DNA of 64,000 nucleotides from Naegleria gruberi (lineage: Eukaryota), in assembly GCA_000004985.1 (NCBI GenBank), contig GG738931.1, one strand, 5' to 3'. A model generated the notes under the pieces. That model worked only from the letters and a program-made list of their open reading frames with translations. It ran no database searches and had not been told where the DNA came from. Below, in pieces: positions 33,004 through 42,607 of this stretch; positions within the stretch are counted from its first letter, which is position 1; each line of letters starts with the position of its first letter. The translations under genes were made by a program, and so were the position numbers.

Positions 33004-34616
33004 TTATTGTTGAAGTGAAAATTGCTTGTTTTGCAAGGATTGGATATTAATCAAAATGACACTCAACTTGAAAAGTGAATAATCTGGAAAATATTCATCA
33101 TTGTGAACTCCATCTCCCTTCCAGAAATGTTCATGTTGAGCTCTGGATTTTAGCAAATCAGTTGAAAGAAATATTCCACAACCTACACAATGATCCTCTA
33201 GCTCTTGTGCAGTTTTGAAATTTTGGGAGTTTCTCCAAACTATTCCATTAATATCTGAATGAATATCGCCATACTTGGTGCCAGGTGTAATGTTGGTTGA
33301 GCATGCTTTCTTTTCTGAACTTTCGTGATCCACAATGAAATTCAAGTGTGATAGAGAAACCTATCTGATCCAATAAGGAAATAGTTATTATCATAGAGTT
33401 TAGCCAATGGAACGCATTCAAATTTGTGCATGAGATTTACAGAGACTTTGCCAATAGTTTCAACTTTTTCTTTTTGAGAAAGAGATTCGAATGGTTTGTT
33501 GTGAGGGTGGGTAAAGTCGTGAAGAATCTTTTTCTGAATATTTCCAAACGCGTTCATAACTGAGATTTTTGCTTCAATTATTTTCTTTTCATTTTCTAAC
33601 TGGGAATATAATGCATTCGAAATGAGAGAAAGTTCTGTACTTTTGAATGGAAACCTCTTGTTTGAGAACTGATTATCTTTTGATAATGATTCGCTTTCAT
33701 AGGGAGAGAGAAATCCCCAAAATTTGAATTCATTACTAATTTCTAACTGTAAAGAGTGTTTCAATCCTATTGGTATATCTAAATAGGAATATTCCAAAAT
33801 AATTGGTAAAATAAATCGTTCAAAAATCACAACATTTTGATTTGGAAATGGAAATACTCTTTGTAATTTTTCATTCAATATCACATCCTCGGCCATTGGA
33901 CTATCAATTAGAATATTCAATATCGAGTGAGGGAATTTTCTAATTTGAATTATTGGTATCTCAAATTCCTTTCCAGAAATATTCAAAATTATAGATTTTT
34001 CACTACTAGACTCATAGCTCATTAAATTACTTTGAGCATTACAATACTTTGCAGCAAGCTTGTTTTCATATTGTTGATTCTTTTCGAAAATTACATATCC
34101 AATTAGAAATATGTTATCTTTCATTGTTTGTTTGTTGATGATGCTATACTGATTTGGTTCAAATGTAATGAAGGCATCTCCTCTTTTAATCTTACCAACA
34201 TCCACTGTTCCATATCTGCTTTCCATACAAACCGAATCTGAATCCGAACTCTTACTCAACTGAATAAATATTCTCATCTGACCTTTCGATTCATTTGACA
34301 AGTTTTCATGTGTGCAACGTTTTGAGCAAGAAAAAGACCAAGAAATATTATCTTTTATCACGGCCCATAAAGAATCAATTCCAACAGGAAGGAATTTCGA
34401 GTCATCTTCATCTGAATCATTAATTCCAATTAATTGTCTAATTGAGTTTTTACATTTTTCGAATATTTTATCGGAAAGTTGTTGATCGTTAAAAATCTCA
34501 ATATTATAAAAAGATTTAATTTTTTTACTATTTTCTGCAATAATTTGTTTACATCCTTCCGATGACAAACAACGAGGCAGAAATATCAAACCTTCACCAA
34601 GTTTGAGTGTAGCCAT
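33004..34616 (-). CDS. hypothetical protein in two frame-shifted segments (33342..34616 and 33004..33345). It is probably one gene with a short intron or an assembly frameshift.
   Basis: The first segment ends ...IGSDRFLYHT*. A +1-frame ORF continues immediately (NFIVDHESSEKKACSTN...HCVGCGIF...). An in-frame join is possible through ATAG|GTTTCT...gttcAG|AAAAG (about 42 bp), but the donor is weak. Confidence 0.45.
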
Positions 34617-34890
34617 TTTTTTTGAGTTTACCGTCTCAAAAAAAAATGTCGTACCACCCAGTAACTACACTGTTGACCCTGAGACCACAGTGTGTTGCCG
34701 CAATACTTACACCGTACCCTATACTACCCGGGGTTCCAGCATAGGGTGTTCAAGCCAAGTATTTGTGTCCACAGAGTTACAAGAAATGAACAAAGCAATC
34801 CCAACAAGAAAGAATTTATTATTTAATATTCGTAATATCATCAAGACGAACCCGTCGGGTTCATACGATTAATAAACGTTTAAATTTTTT

Positions 34891-35946
34891 TTGAGTTTAC
34901 AATTTCCACTTTTTTCCACTTTTAAAAAAATGCAACAAGAACATGCGCTGAACCTATCAAATCCAGTCCAGCACATGATGAGTAGCGACTCTTTGCTGCT
35001 CTTGGAGGGAAGAGCCAATGAAGGAGATCAACAAGCACTCGATGAATTATTAAATTATTATCAATTCGGAGGAAATAATAAATCGCCAATTGATGAGGAA
35101 AAGGCTTTGGAATTAATGATTAAATTTGAGGAAAATAATTCGACAATACAAAGACAAATAGGTTCTTTTCATTATTTTGGAAAGGCTAATTTACCAATCG
35201 ATTTTGAAAAGGCTTTGTTTTGGTATAGAAAATCGGCAAATAATGGAAATTCAATTGCCATGTTTAATGTTGGATTGCTGTATGATAGAGGGCAAGGATG
35301 CAATAAGAATGTGAAGGAAGCATTTAATTGGTTTTTTAGAGCTGCTGTTGCTGGGCATGGAGTCAGTCAATTTTATGTTGGAATGATGTTTGACAGAGGG
35401 GAGGGAACTGAAAAAGATATTCAACAGGCAATTTATTGGTTGAATCAATCTGTTGTGAATAATTGTATTGAGGGACTTACTTATTTAGCATCCATGTATG
35501 AGAAAGGAGAAAATATTGAACAGGATTATTCGAAAGCATTTCCATTATTTTTACAAGGTGCCAATATGGGACATGTTGAATGTATTTATCATGTTGGAGT
35601 TATGTATTTATCAGGTAGAGGAGTTGAAGTGAACTATCCATTGGCTTTGAAATACTTTTTAATGGCAGCTACACGAAATCATGCAGAAGCTCAATACAAT
35701 GCAGGAACAATGTACGATAGGGGAATGGGCTGTCTTCAAGATTACACTGAATCTTTTAAATTATTTATGAGTGGAGCAATGAATGGTCATGCAATTTGTC
35801 AATATTATGTTGGAAACATGTTATTGAAAGGCGAGGGCACTTTGGTGGATGTTAAACATGCAATTTTCTGGATGAAAAAAGCAGCTCTACAAGGAATTCC
35901 AAATGCAATTCATTACATTAAAAGTATGGAACAGGAATCAAAATAA
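34891..35946 (+). CDS. Sel1-like repeat (TPR-like) protein
   Basis: Six to seven repeats of the A.[FY]W[FY].KAA..G...A.[FY]N[VL]G.[ML]Y..G.GV..[DN] type, for example GNSIAMFNVGLLYDRGQGCNKNVKEAFNWFFRAAVAGHGVSQFYVGMMFDRGEG. Confidence 0.8.
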   Translation: MSLQFPLFSTFKKMQQEHALNLSNPVQHMMSSDSLLLLEGRANEGDQQALDELLNYYQFGGNNKSPIDEEKALELMIKFEENNSTIQRQIGSFHYFGKANLPIDFEKALFWYRKSANNGNSIAMFNVGLLYDRGQGCNKNVKEAFNWFFRAAVAGHGVSQFYVGMMFDRGEGTEKDIQQAIYWLNQSVVNNCIEGLTYLASMYEKGENIEQDYSKAFPLFLQGANMGHVECIYHVGVMYLSGRGVEVNYPLALKYFLMAATRNHAEAQYNAGTMYDRGMGCLQDYTESFKLFMSGAMNGHAICQYYVGNMLLKGEGTLVDVKHAIFWMKKAALQGIPNAIHYIKSMEQESK

Positions 35947-35977
35947 TTGACAAAATTACTTGAATTAAAGTAAAAAT

Positions 35978-36013
35978 TGGAGTCATAGGGAATCGAACCC
36001 TAGACCTTCTGCA

Positions 36014-36044
<31 letters not shown>

Positions 36045-36050
36045 AACCCC
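35978..36050 (-). tRNA. tRNA-Ala (anticodon UGC)
   Basis: Minus-strand sequence GGGGTTATAGCTCAGTTGGTAGAGCGTCTGCTTTGCATGCAGAAGGTCTAGGGTTCGATTCCCTATGACTCCA. It folds as a canonical cloverleaf. A-box TAGCTCAGTTGG. B-box GGTTCGATTCC. Anticodon loop CTTTGCATG, giving TGC. The G3:U70 Ala identity pair is present. There is no intron and no encoded CCA. Confidence 0.9.
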
Positions 36051-36053
36051 TTC

Positions 36054-39000
36054 TGTTATATTCCTTAATTTATTCATTAAGACATAAATATCGGCAATAT
36101 TAAATAAAAAAAATGTATCAGAAATGCCCAATTTGGAAAGAATAGTTATTTTAATGACAAGTATTTAAGAATTGACTTTCCCAAATCGATTGGAAAGATT
36201 ATTTTAAAAGAAATACAGAAATAACTCTCATCTTTCAAACAACAAATTTTAGAAAACATGTTTTTCAATGTTTATGAGCTGGATTCTTTAATCTTTTTGA
36301 AAGTTGGCAGGTCCACAAATATCAATAAAAATCGAATAAAGATTTTGTGAAATTGTATGAAAATTTGAAAGATTCTTTTCAAGATTTTCAACCTTGGAGA
36401 CGGCTATTATGGTTAATTGTGGATTATTATCGCAAAATTCTGGCAAAAAATATTTTTTTTTAATTACGGATTTGAATTATGGAAGTATTACATTAGGTAT
36501 TATGACGTGAAGAATTTTAATAAAATTATGTGAATTATTACAAATAAAAATTACAGTTTTTATTAGATTATTTATTATTGTTTTATTTTGAAATTAATTA
36601 ACTGAAAATTATTGCCAGTATTTATTGGTAATAATTCATACAGAATGAAAATTGATTGAGAGCAATAAGACCTGGAAATCTGATTACACTGCACACGCTA
36701 TTAATCTTTGAAAGAGGAATTACTGAAGTGGCAACTGAGTGAATGAATAGTTTGTACATTAATGATACATAACACAACTCTCCAAGCGTAAAAATTTCAT
36801 CACAACAAACAACATTATCCCCTAATTGAGATATCTTCCCAATAAATCTATCGAATTGAATATACATTCCAACCTTAAGTGATGATTTTCTAGCAACATC
36901 AAGTGTTTTACCAACTAATCGTCTTGTAAATGGATAATCTGCAAATAATGTATTCATTCCAACTTCATGTTGCAACCCTCTAACTTCAAGTAATTTGTTA
37001 TTACTTCTATCATTAAATTGTTTGAATTCAGAATGTTTCAATTCAAAAATCAACGCCCAAAACCATGTAACATCCCCAAAAAGTACACAATCTTCAAAAA
37101 TGTGCGTTGCCCAATGATAATTCGGAAATTGGCAATTATCTTTGCCAAAACAATATGTAAAAATGGATTGAAATTTTGTAAATACTTTTTCACAATACAC
37201 AATATCATCATGAGTATAATTCCCCCTTAATAACCTTATAAAATATTGTAAGTGAAGAATCCATCCTTGATAGAGTAATCCTTTTTTAGAAGAATCTATT
37301 TTCAACTTTTGATTATTATTGTAAATTAATTCACAAATAATAGGAGCACTCATAATAATAAAATCTAACATTGAAATACCTGAAAGAGTGTCAATATCCA
37401 TTCTTAATTCAAGCTTTTTTCCATTTGGAAGAGTATACTTTGTTGATATTTCAATTAAATCATCCATAGCAGTCGCATATTCTAATGCTTGTACAAGTAA
37501 TTTGAGATGTTTTCGAAATAATCCTTGAATTTCTAAATGAAAGAAATCAACTACAGATCTACGATACGGATCTATCATTATTTGAGTAACAAATCTTGAT
37601 TTGATGAATGTTTTGACAATTAATTGATTCATCAATTGTTTTCTTTTGTTTGTTGACATTTGCTTACTTTTGAATCTCTCCTCTTCCCAAGTTTGTTCTT
37701 TTACACCTTTCCTTGCAATTCTATTTTGTTTAGAATCTGCAATTTTAGGTAATTCTGATAATTTCTCAACAATATCTTTCATTTCTGAATGTTCTCTCCT
37801 TTTAAATGTGTGTACACATGTTGGATTAAACGCGGATGCACCCATTAAATCTGTTGGTGTTTTGTCAAGGTTGTCTGACGCATCTAAACATCTGGAACAT
37901 TCATTTTTCATAAGTGCTAAACATTTCAATCTTTCAGGTGTATCTAATAAAAATCCCATACAGCAAATGAATAGCTTAATATCTTCTCCTGTAGTTGGAT
38001 GTTTCACTGTAATGATTTTACCATCATGATTTTCAAAATCTTGAATAATTGAATCAGTCATTTTCCAAAATCCTTCATTACTCCATGAAAAACCGTTTAC
38101 ACGAATTGCGCTTAAACTTGACATGAAATCTGAATCAAAATTGTAACTTGTGAAATAGGAGGCGCATGTTGACTTGGTTTTTGTTCTGAATTTAGCAAAA
38201 TCATCAAAATATTCTAAAACTAGAAATGGAAATGCATCTTCAGGGCATTTAGCAAGGTATTCACCAAATATTTTTGAAAAGTAAGGTTGATTTTCTTTCT
38301 TTTGTATATTCTTTTTTTCAAAATATTCTTTTCGTGTTAAGCACATGTGTTTTGTGATTGCTTGATCTTTCAACAACAATTTCAAATTATTCTCAAATGA
38401 AATTGCTGCAAATCCATCCTCTTGTTTGTATTCAAAATTGATCATTGCTTTTTTCCTTTCGAGTAATGTATCGTAACAAGGAATTTCGTTAAAAGTTGAT
38501 TCAGGGACCATGTATTTGAACATATCTCTAAGGAAATCGTACCCACTTTTACACAATTTGAAATGATTAACCAAAATATAACAGTATATTTCTTCTTTTG
38601 ATTGAAATACACCCTTTCCATTCACATCTTTTAAAATTTCACACCCCAAATCATATGGTAGCTCTTTAAAAACAAAATTTCCAATTTTTTCACATTTTAC
38701 ATCCGATTCTTTGTGAAATATTTCTGAAACTGGAAAATAAAGAGTGTCAATTATTGAAAAGGGAGTTTCAATTGTATTAGCAAATCCGAAAATACTACCT
38801 TCAGCTAAAACTTGTTGTGAGTGAATTCCGTTTTGTTTTAGCTTCTTCTGTTGCGATTCGTATTCAGTCAGCTTTGGTAATCTACTGTCTTTAGATTTTA
38901 GCAAATGTGTACAATGTGAATTAATAATGTGAGTGTAACAATTTTCACTGTTCATGATAAAATTACAACAATTAAATCTTGATACAGTATCTATCTTTGC

Positions 39001-39369
39001 AAGAGAACAATTTCCCTTAGAACATCTATTAAGATGCTTTTTTAATAAATCTCCCTTTGTAAATGTTTGACAACAAAAAGGACAGACCCAGCGTTTTGTT
39101 TGACAATCACGACATGAAGAACATAAACTTAAATCAAATGAAGATTTTGCACATTCATACACATAGTACTCTTCCTCTTTTTGACATTTATCGCATTTTG
39201 TTGCTTTTGTGAGAAAATCAAGGGATACATTGTTACCAGGTTTTTGTGTAATCATTTTTTTAGCATTGTAAACCATATGAAATTCTACCAAATAGTGGTT
39301 ATTTTTCAATGTATTCCACCAAACACAAAATCATTACGTAATAATTTCGTATGAAATATAAAAAATCAT
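36054..39369 (-). mobile_element. candidate DNA-transposon remnant or copy carrying the TNP2-like ORF (boundaries unknown; one side runs into the gap)
   Basis: Inference from the transposase-like ORF plus the adjacent unresolved N-gap. Gaps commonly mark repeats. No TIRs could be read. Confidence 0.25.
36622..39309 (-). CDS. large C2H2/CPC zinc-finger protein with weak similarity to EnSpm/CACTA TNP2-family transposases (candidate transposase)
   Basis: 895 aa. The N-terminus is Cys-rich: CDKCQKEEEYYVYECAK...CSSCRDCQTKRWVCPFCCQTFTKGDLLKKHLNRC. This resembles the TNP2 transposase-associated motif I.CPC.KC.N......V..HL...G. A C-terminal segment GDVTWFWALIFELKHSEFK resembles the DUF4218 core GPV..RWMYPFER....LK. 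No RT motifs are present. The gene ends 60 bp from an assembly gap. Confidence 0.45.
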   Translation of the reverse strand: MKNNHYLVEFHMVYNAKKMITQKPGNNVSLDFLTKATKCDKCQKEEEYYVYECAKSSFDLSLCSSCRDCQTKRWVCPFCCQTFTKGDLLKKHLNRCSKGNCSLAKIDTVSRFNCCNFIMNSENCYTHIINSHCTHLLKSKDSRLPKLTEYESQQKKLKQNGIHSQQVLAEGSIFGFANTIETPFSIIDTLYFPVSEIFHKESDVKCEKIGNFVFKELPYDLGCEILKDVNGKGVFQSKEEIYCYILVNHFKLCKSGYDFLRDMFKYMVPESTFNEIPCYDTLLERKKAMINFEYKQEDGFAAISFENNLKLLLKDQAITKHMCLTRKEYFEKKNIQKKENQPYFSKIFGEYLAKCPEDAFPFLVLEYFDDFAKFRTKTKSTCASYFTSYNFDSDFMSSLSAIRVNGFSWSNEGFWKMTDSIIQDFENHDGKIITVKHPTTGEDIKLFICCMGFLLDTPERLKCLALMKNECSRCLDASDNLDKTPTDLMGASAFNPTCVHTFKRREHSEMKDIVEKLSELPKIADSKQNRIARKGVKEQTWEEERFKSKQMSTNKRKQLMNQLIVKTFIKSRFVTQIMIDPYRRSVVDFFHLEIQGLFRKHLKLLVQALEYATAMDDLIEISTKYTLPNGKKLELRMDIDTLSGISMLDFIIMSAPIICELIYNNNQKLKIDSSKKGLLYQGWILHLQYFIRLLRGNYTHDDIVYCEKVFTKFQSIFTYCFGKDNCQFPNYHWATHIFEDCVLFGDVTWFWALIFELKHSEFKQFNDRSNNKLLEVRGLQHEVGMNTLFADYPFTRRLVGKTLDVARKSSLKVGMYIQFDRFIGKISQLGDNVVCCDEIFTLGELCYVSLMYKLFIHSVATSVIPLSKINSVCSVIRFPGLIALNQFSFCMNYYQ

Positions 39370-39419
39370 NNNNNNNNNNNNNNNNNNNNNNNNNNNNNNN
39401 NNNNNNNNNNNNNNNNNNN
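39370..39419. other. assembly gap (50 N)
   Basis: A run of n characters, seen directly in the sequence. Confidence 0.99.
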
Positions 39420-39472
39420 TTGCATTGTTTCCTTCCACATCAATCACTTGTCCTTTTCCTGTTGGTTTTTGA

Positions 39473-41500
39473 ATGACTGGTGGTGGTTGTGTTATTTGGG
39501 ATTTGGAAGGAATTTGTAATTCTGCATCTGCTGGTTTTATTTCTTCTTTGGTTGTGGGGGTTGAGATTTCTTTTCAACAAAAAATTGGAATTGGCAGCTT
39601 GTCAACTATGACAGGTCTTGCTGATTATTACAAAACTCTTCTTGGAATTGATTTGAATCAATTTGTGGGTTATGAAATTGTAGAAATTGATGATTCCCCA
39701 GCTACCTCTTACATGATTGATTGGAGTGATAAGAATTGTGGTGGATACAAGGATTTAGGAGCTAGATTTAATATGGGACTAGGTCTGTTTGTCTCACGAG
39801 CTGCCAATAGAGTTGCAGTTCCAGACAACTCAACCATCAAGTATAAATTGGAAAAGGATGGTGATGTCAAAGTATTGGAAATTCCATTTGTTGGCACATC
39901 GAGTGTGAAATATTTGAATGACAGCAAATTTTATGAAAGTTGTTTGAGAGTTGATTCTGCAGCTGATGTGTTGAAATCTCAAGGAATTCCAACAAGAAAG
40001 ACGCATCTCTATAATGTAGATCCACATTTTGAAAAGAGAGAACTTCCACTCAAGTCAACCGTGCAAGGAACTTTTTCAGTGAACAATATTTTGAATGGCG
40101 ACATGATCAAATATTACGAATTGACATCCAATCAAGACAGCTCCATATTAATTGGTGTAATTGTCATTGAAATCTTTTCTCCAAAATCCATTCAACAATT
40201 TTCCAGAGATTTCCAAACCAGTTTATATTTGGCCAAGCTCCATAAGGCAAAGAAGATTATTCTCGATGTTACCAATAATGGAGGAGGATATATTTGCTTG
40301 GGATATGCCTTCTCAAGATATTTCTTCCCAAAGCAATTCTCCAATCAGTACGAGAGCTTATTTGCAAGAACTGACATGATAGCTAGTGAATTGGGTAAAG
40401 AGCTAGCTCAAAAAGGAAGTGAATCTCCACAACTTGACACCATTTGGATGCCACATTTTTGGAGAGATGATTCAGGAAAGGTCTATAATGATGACTCCTG
40501 GTTCACAAATCAACATACCTTCTCTAGAGGAGGTGTCGATCATGCCTACACTTCAATTATCAAAGATAATGGATGCAGTGAAATGTTTGATGATTTCATT
40601 TTCACTGGTGACGATTTATTGGACTATAGTTCAGATGATTTGATTATTCTTTCGAATGGTAGATGTGCTAGTACATGTGCCATGTTCACATTCCAACTTC
40701 AACAATTTAAAAAAGCTAAAACAGTCGTTGTTGGTGGTGTTCACAATACTCAACAACAAATTGGTCAACTGCCAGGAGGTCAAGTTTGTGAACAACCAAA
40801 TTTGGTATTGAATATTGAGGAGTATAACATGACTCAAAGTGAACATGCTCCTAAACTCTTACCAACAACTTCTAGATTGAGATTTGCCATCAGAGAAGCA
40901 TATGCTTGGGCAGATTCTCAACTAAACTCGTTGGAATTTTCATTTCTCCCAAGTGATTTCAGATTAGATTATTCGAAAGAAAGTGCAATGGATCCAACCA
41001 AAGTATGGATTGATACTTTACAATTCTTTGACAAGTGTGCTCCATGGCAAACTCAAACATGTCAAATTACAAATGGAATTGGAATGAAGAGTTGCAATTC
41101 TGGAACTTACTCATCAGAATGTAAATTAATTTCTTGTAATGATGGATTTGGAATTGCAAATGGAAATGATTTCTGTACTCCTTGTCCATTAGGAACCTTT
41201 ACAAAAGGAACTGTTTGTGAGCAATGCACAAACAAACCAGTCAACTCACATTATCTCAATAATACTCAACAAATCTGTGAATATCAATGCGATTTAGGAT
41301 TTGAGATTGATAATACTGGAACTAAATGTGTGGAAAGTGAATACGAATCCGTTCAAAAACCAATTCTTTCATTCTTGGTTGCCTTGTGTGTAATTGCCAT
41401 AATTGTTGCATTCCTTTCCATTGTTGCAAATTCAGTTCTTGGATTCAAACTCTATCAAACACGTAAAGAAAATCAACAAGAAACCATGCAATTAATGTAA
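39473..41500 (+). CDS. peptidase S41 (tail-specific/C-terminal processing protease) family protein with a Cys-rich stalk and a C-terminal TM. The 5' end is probably truncated by the gap.
   Basis: S41 motifs ILDVTNNGGGYICLG (compare IIDLRNNGGG) and ILSNGRCASTCAMF (the catalytic Ser region, compare TASAAE). Then Cys-rich repeats (CNSGTYSSECKLISCNDGFG...CTPCPLGTFTKGTVCEQC) and a TM helix ILSFLVALCVIAIIVAFLSIVANSVLGF. There is no signal peptide at the first ATG, and the ORF is open up to the N-gap. Confidence 0.7.
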   Translation: MTGGGCVIWDLEGICNSASAGFISSLVVGVEISFQQKIGIGSLSTMTGLADYYKTLLGIDLNQFVGYEIVEIDDSPATSYMIDWSDKNCGGYKDLGARFNMGLGLFVSRAANRVAVPDNSTIKYKLEKDGDVKVLEIPFVGTSSVKYLNDSKFYESCLRVDSAADVLKSQGIPTRKTHLYNVDPHFEKRELPLKSTVQGTFSVNNILNGDMIKYYELTSNQDSSILIGVIVIEIFSPKSIQQFSRDFQTSLYLAKLHKAKKIILDVTNNGGGYICLGYAFSRYFFPKQFSNQYESLFARTDMIASELGKELAQKGSESPQLDTIWMPHFWRDDSGKVYNDDSWFTNQHTFSRGGVDHAYTSIIKDNGCSEMFDDFIFTGDDLLDYSSDDLIILSNGRCASTCAMFTFQLQQFKKAKTVVVGGVHNTQQQIGQLPGGQVCEQPNLVLNIEEYNMTQSEHAPKLLPTTSRLRFAIREAYAWADSQLNSLEFSFLPSDFRLDYSKESAMDPTKVWIDTLQFFDKCAPWQTQTCQITNGIGMKSCNSGTYSSECKLISCNDGFGIANGNDFCTPCPLGTFTKGTVCEQCTNKPVNSHYLNNTQQICEYQCDLGFEIDNTGTKCVESEYESVQKPILSFLVALCVIAIIVAFLSIVANSVLGFKLYQTRKENQQETMQLM

Positions 41501-41713
41501 AAATCTAATTTCCTCACTTTACAAAATTGTTTAATAATTAAACTTTTTAAATATTTCCAAAAAAGGGCTTTTTCAAAATCAAAAAAAAATATCCAACAAG
41601 TATCTATTGATTTTTCATCATCCATTGATTATTTCAACCCTCACTAAATCCGTGAGAGAAATCCCATTGTAAATATTTAAATACAACAAACCCGAGAAGC
41701 GAATTTTAATTTA

Positions 41714-42592
41714 TTGGAAAAATTGCGGAAAATGATCAAGTCGTTAAATTCTGCATTAATTTATTACCTGATGATTGGTTGTTTGTTGGTTTTAATGTTA
41801 GGAACAATTCAAGATCAGCAGCAGCAACAGGGTTTTGTTTTTGGATTTTCTGTAAATATTCAAAAAGTTTCATCACAAGCAATTAATAAGAAAACATTCG
41901 TCGGATTGCATGCAAGCAATAATGGGAATGAAAGAGCTGTTAGTAATAGTGGATCTGCTGGATTGCTTGGAGGATTGTATCCATCAAACTTTTATCAACA
42001 TCCAATGATTGGATATGATTGTTTTTATGGATATACCTTTCCGAATTGTACATGCACACAGCATAGTCCACAAAAAACAGCAACAAATAAGAGGAATGAT
42101 GATTGCTATGGACCTAAATGTATGTTAGTGAAGAGTGATTCGAGGGCCACAACAGGAAATTTCACATGTGGTGTCAAGGAGAGTGATTCGGGAAATAATG
42201 CAGCCATTGTGGATTGTAGTCATAATGCAAATCCAAATACTGATAATGCTTTCTACTTTTCTGAATGCAATCCATACATTCCAAAACCTCACCACAACAG
42301 GTTCCTCAATACAACCTCAATTTTGAATTTGTTCGATCATGAATTCAGATTTGAGAGTATTGATGAAAGCAAATCCAAGACAATTGTTAAATGTCCTTTG
42401 AAGAGAACTCCAGGTTCGTTCCTTAAAGGTTATGCTGTTCAAGTGGATGTGCATGTTCATGAAGTGAGAGATGGATTCAATGATTTTGTTTGGGTTACTC
42501 ATGTTTTTTCGTGTAATAGCACTGCTATTGAACAACAAGCACCTTTGGGTGATTCAGGCTTTTTACAACTTGTTCTTGTGAAAAATAAATAG
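41714..42592 (+). CDS. hypothetical secreted Cys-containing protein
   Basis: The likely start is MIKSLNSALIYYLMIGCLLVLMLGTIQ, a signal peptide, at about 41732. There is a poly-Q tract and about 14 Cys. No known motif is recognised. Confidence 0.5.
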   Translation: MEKLRKMIKSLNSALIYYLMIGCLLVLMLGTIQDQQQQQGFVFGFSVNIQKVSSQAINKKTFVGLHASNNGNERAVSNSGSAGLLGGLYPSNFYQHPMIGYDCFYGYTFPNCTCTQHSPQKTATNKRNDDCYGPKCMLVKSDSRATTGNFTCGVKESDSGNNAAIVDCSHNANPNTDNAFYFSECNPYIPKPHHNRFLNTTSILNLFDHEFRFESIDESKSKTIVKCPLKRTPGSFLKGYAVQVDVHVHEVRDGFNDFVWVTHVFSCNSTAIEQQAPLGDSGFLQLVLVKNK

Positions 42593-42607
42593 TGAGATAG
42601 ATTTTAT

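Noticed and set aside
36054-39309. Considered whether the big ORF beside the tRNA gene is a tRNA-targeting retrotransposon (TRE5, TRE3 or DGLT-A type), as is common in dictyostelids.
   Set aside because: No reverse-transcriptase (YxDD), endonuclease or gag-like motifs are present. The 570-bp spacing from the tRNA does not fit the roughly 50-bp upstream or 100-bp downstream rules. A DNA-transposase-like explanation fits better.
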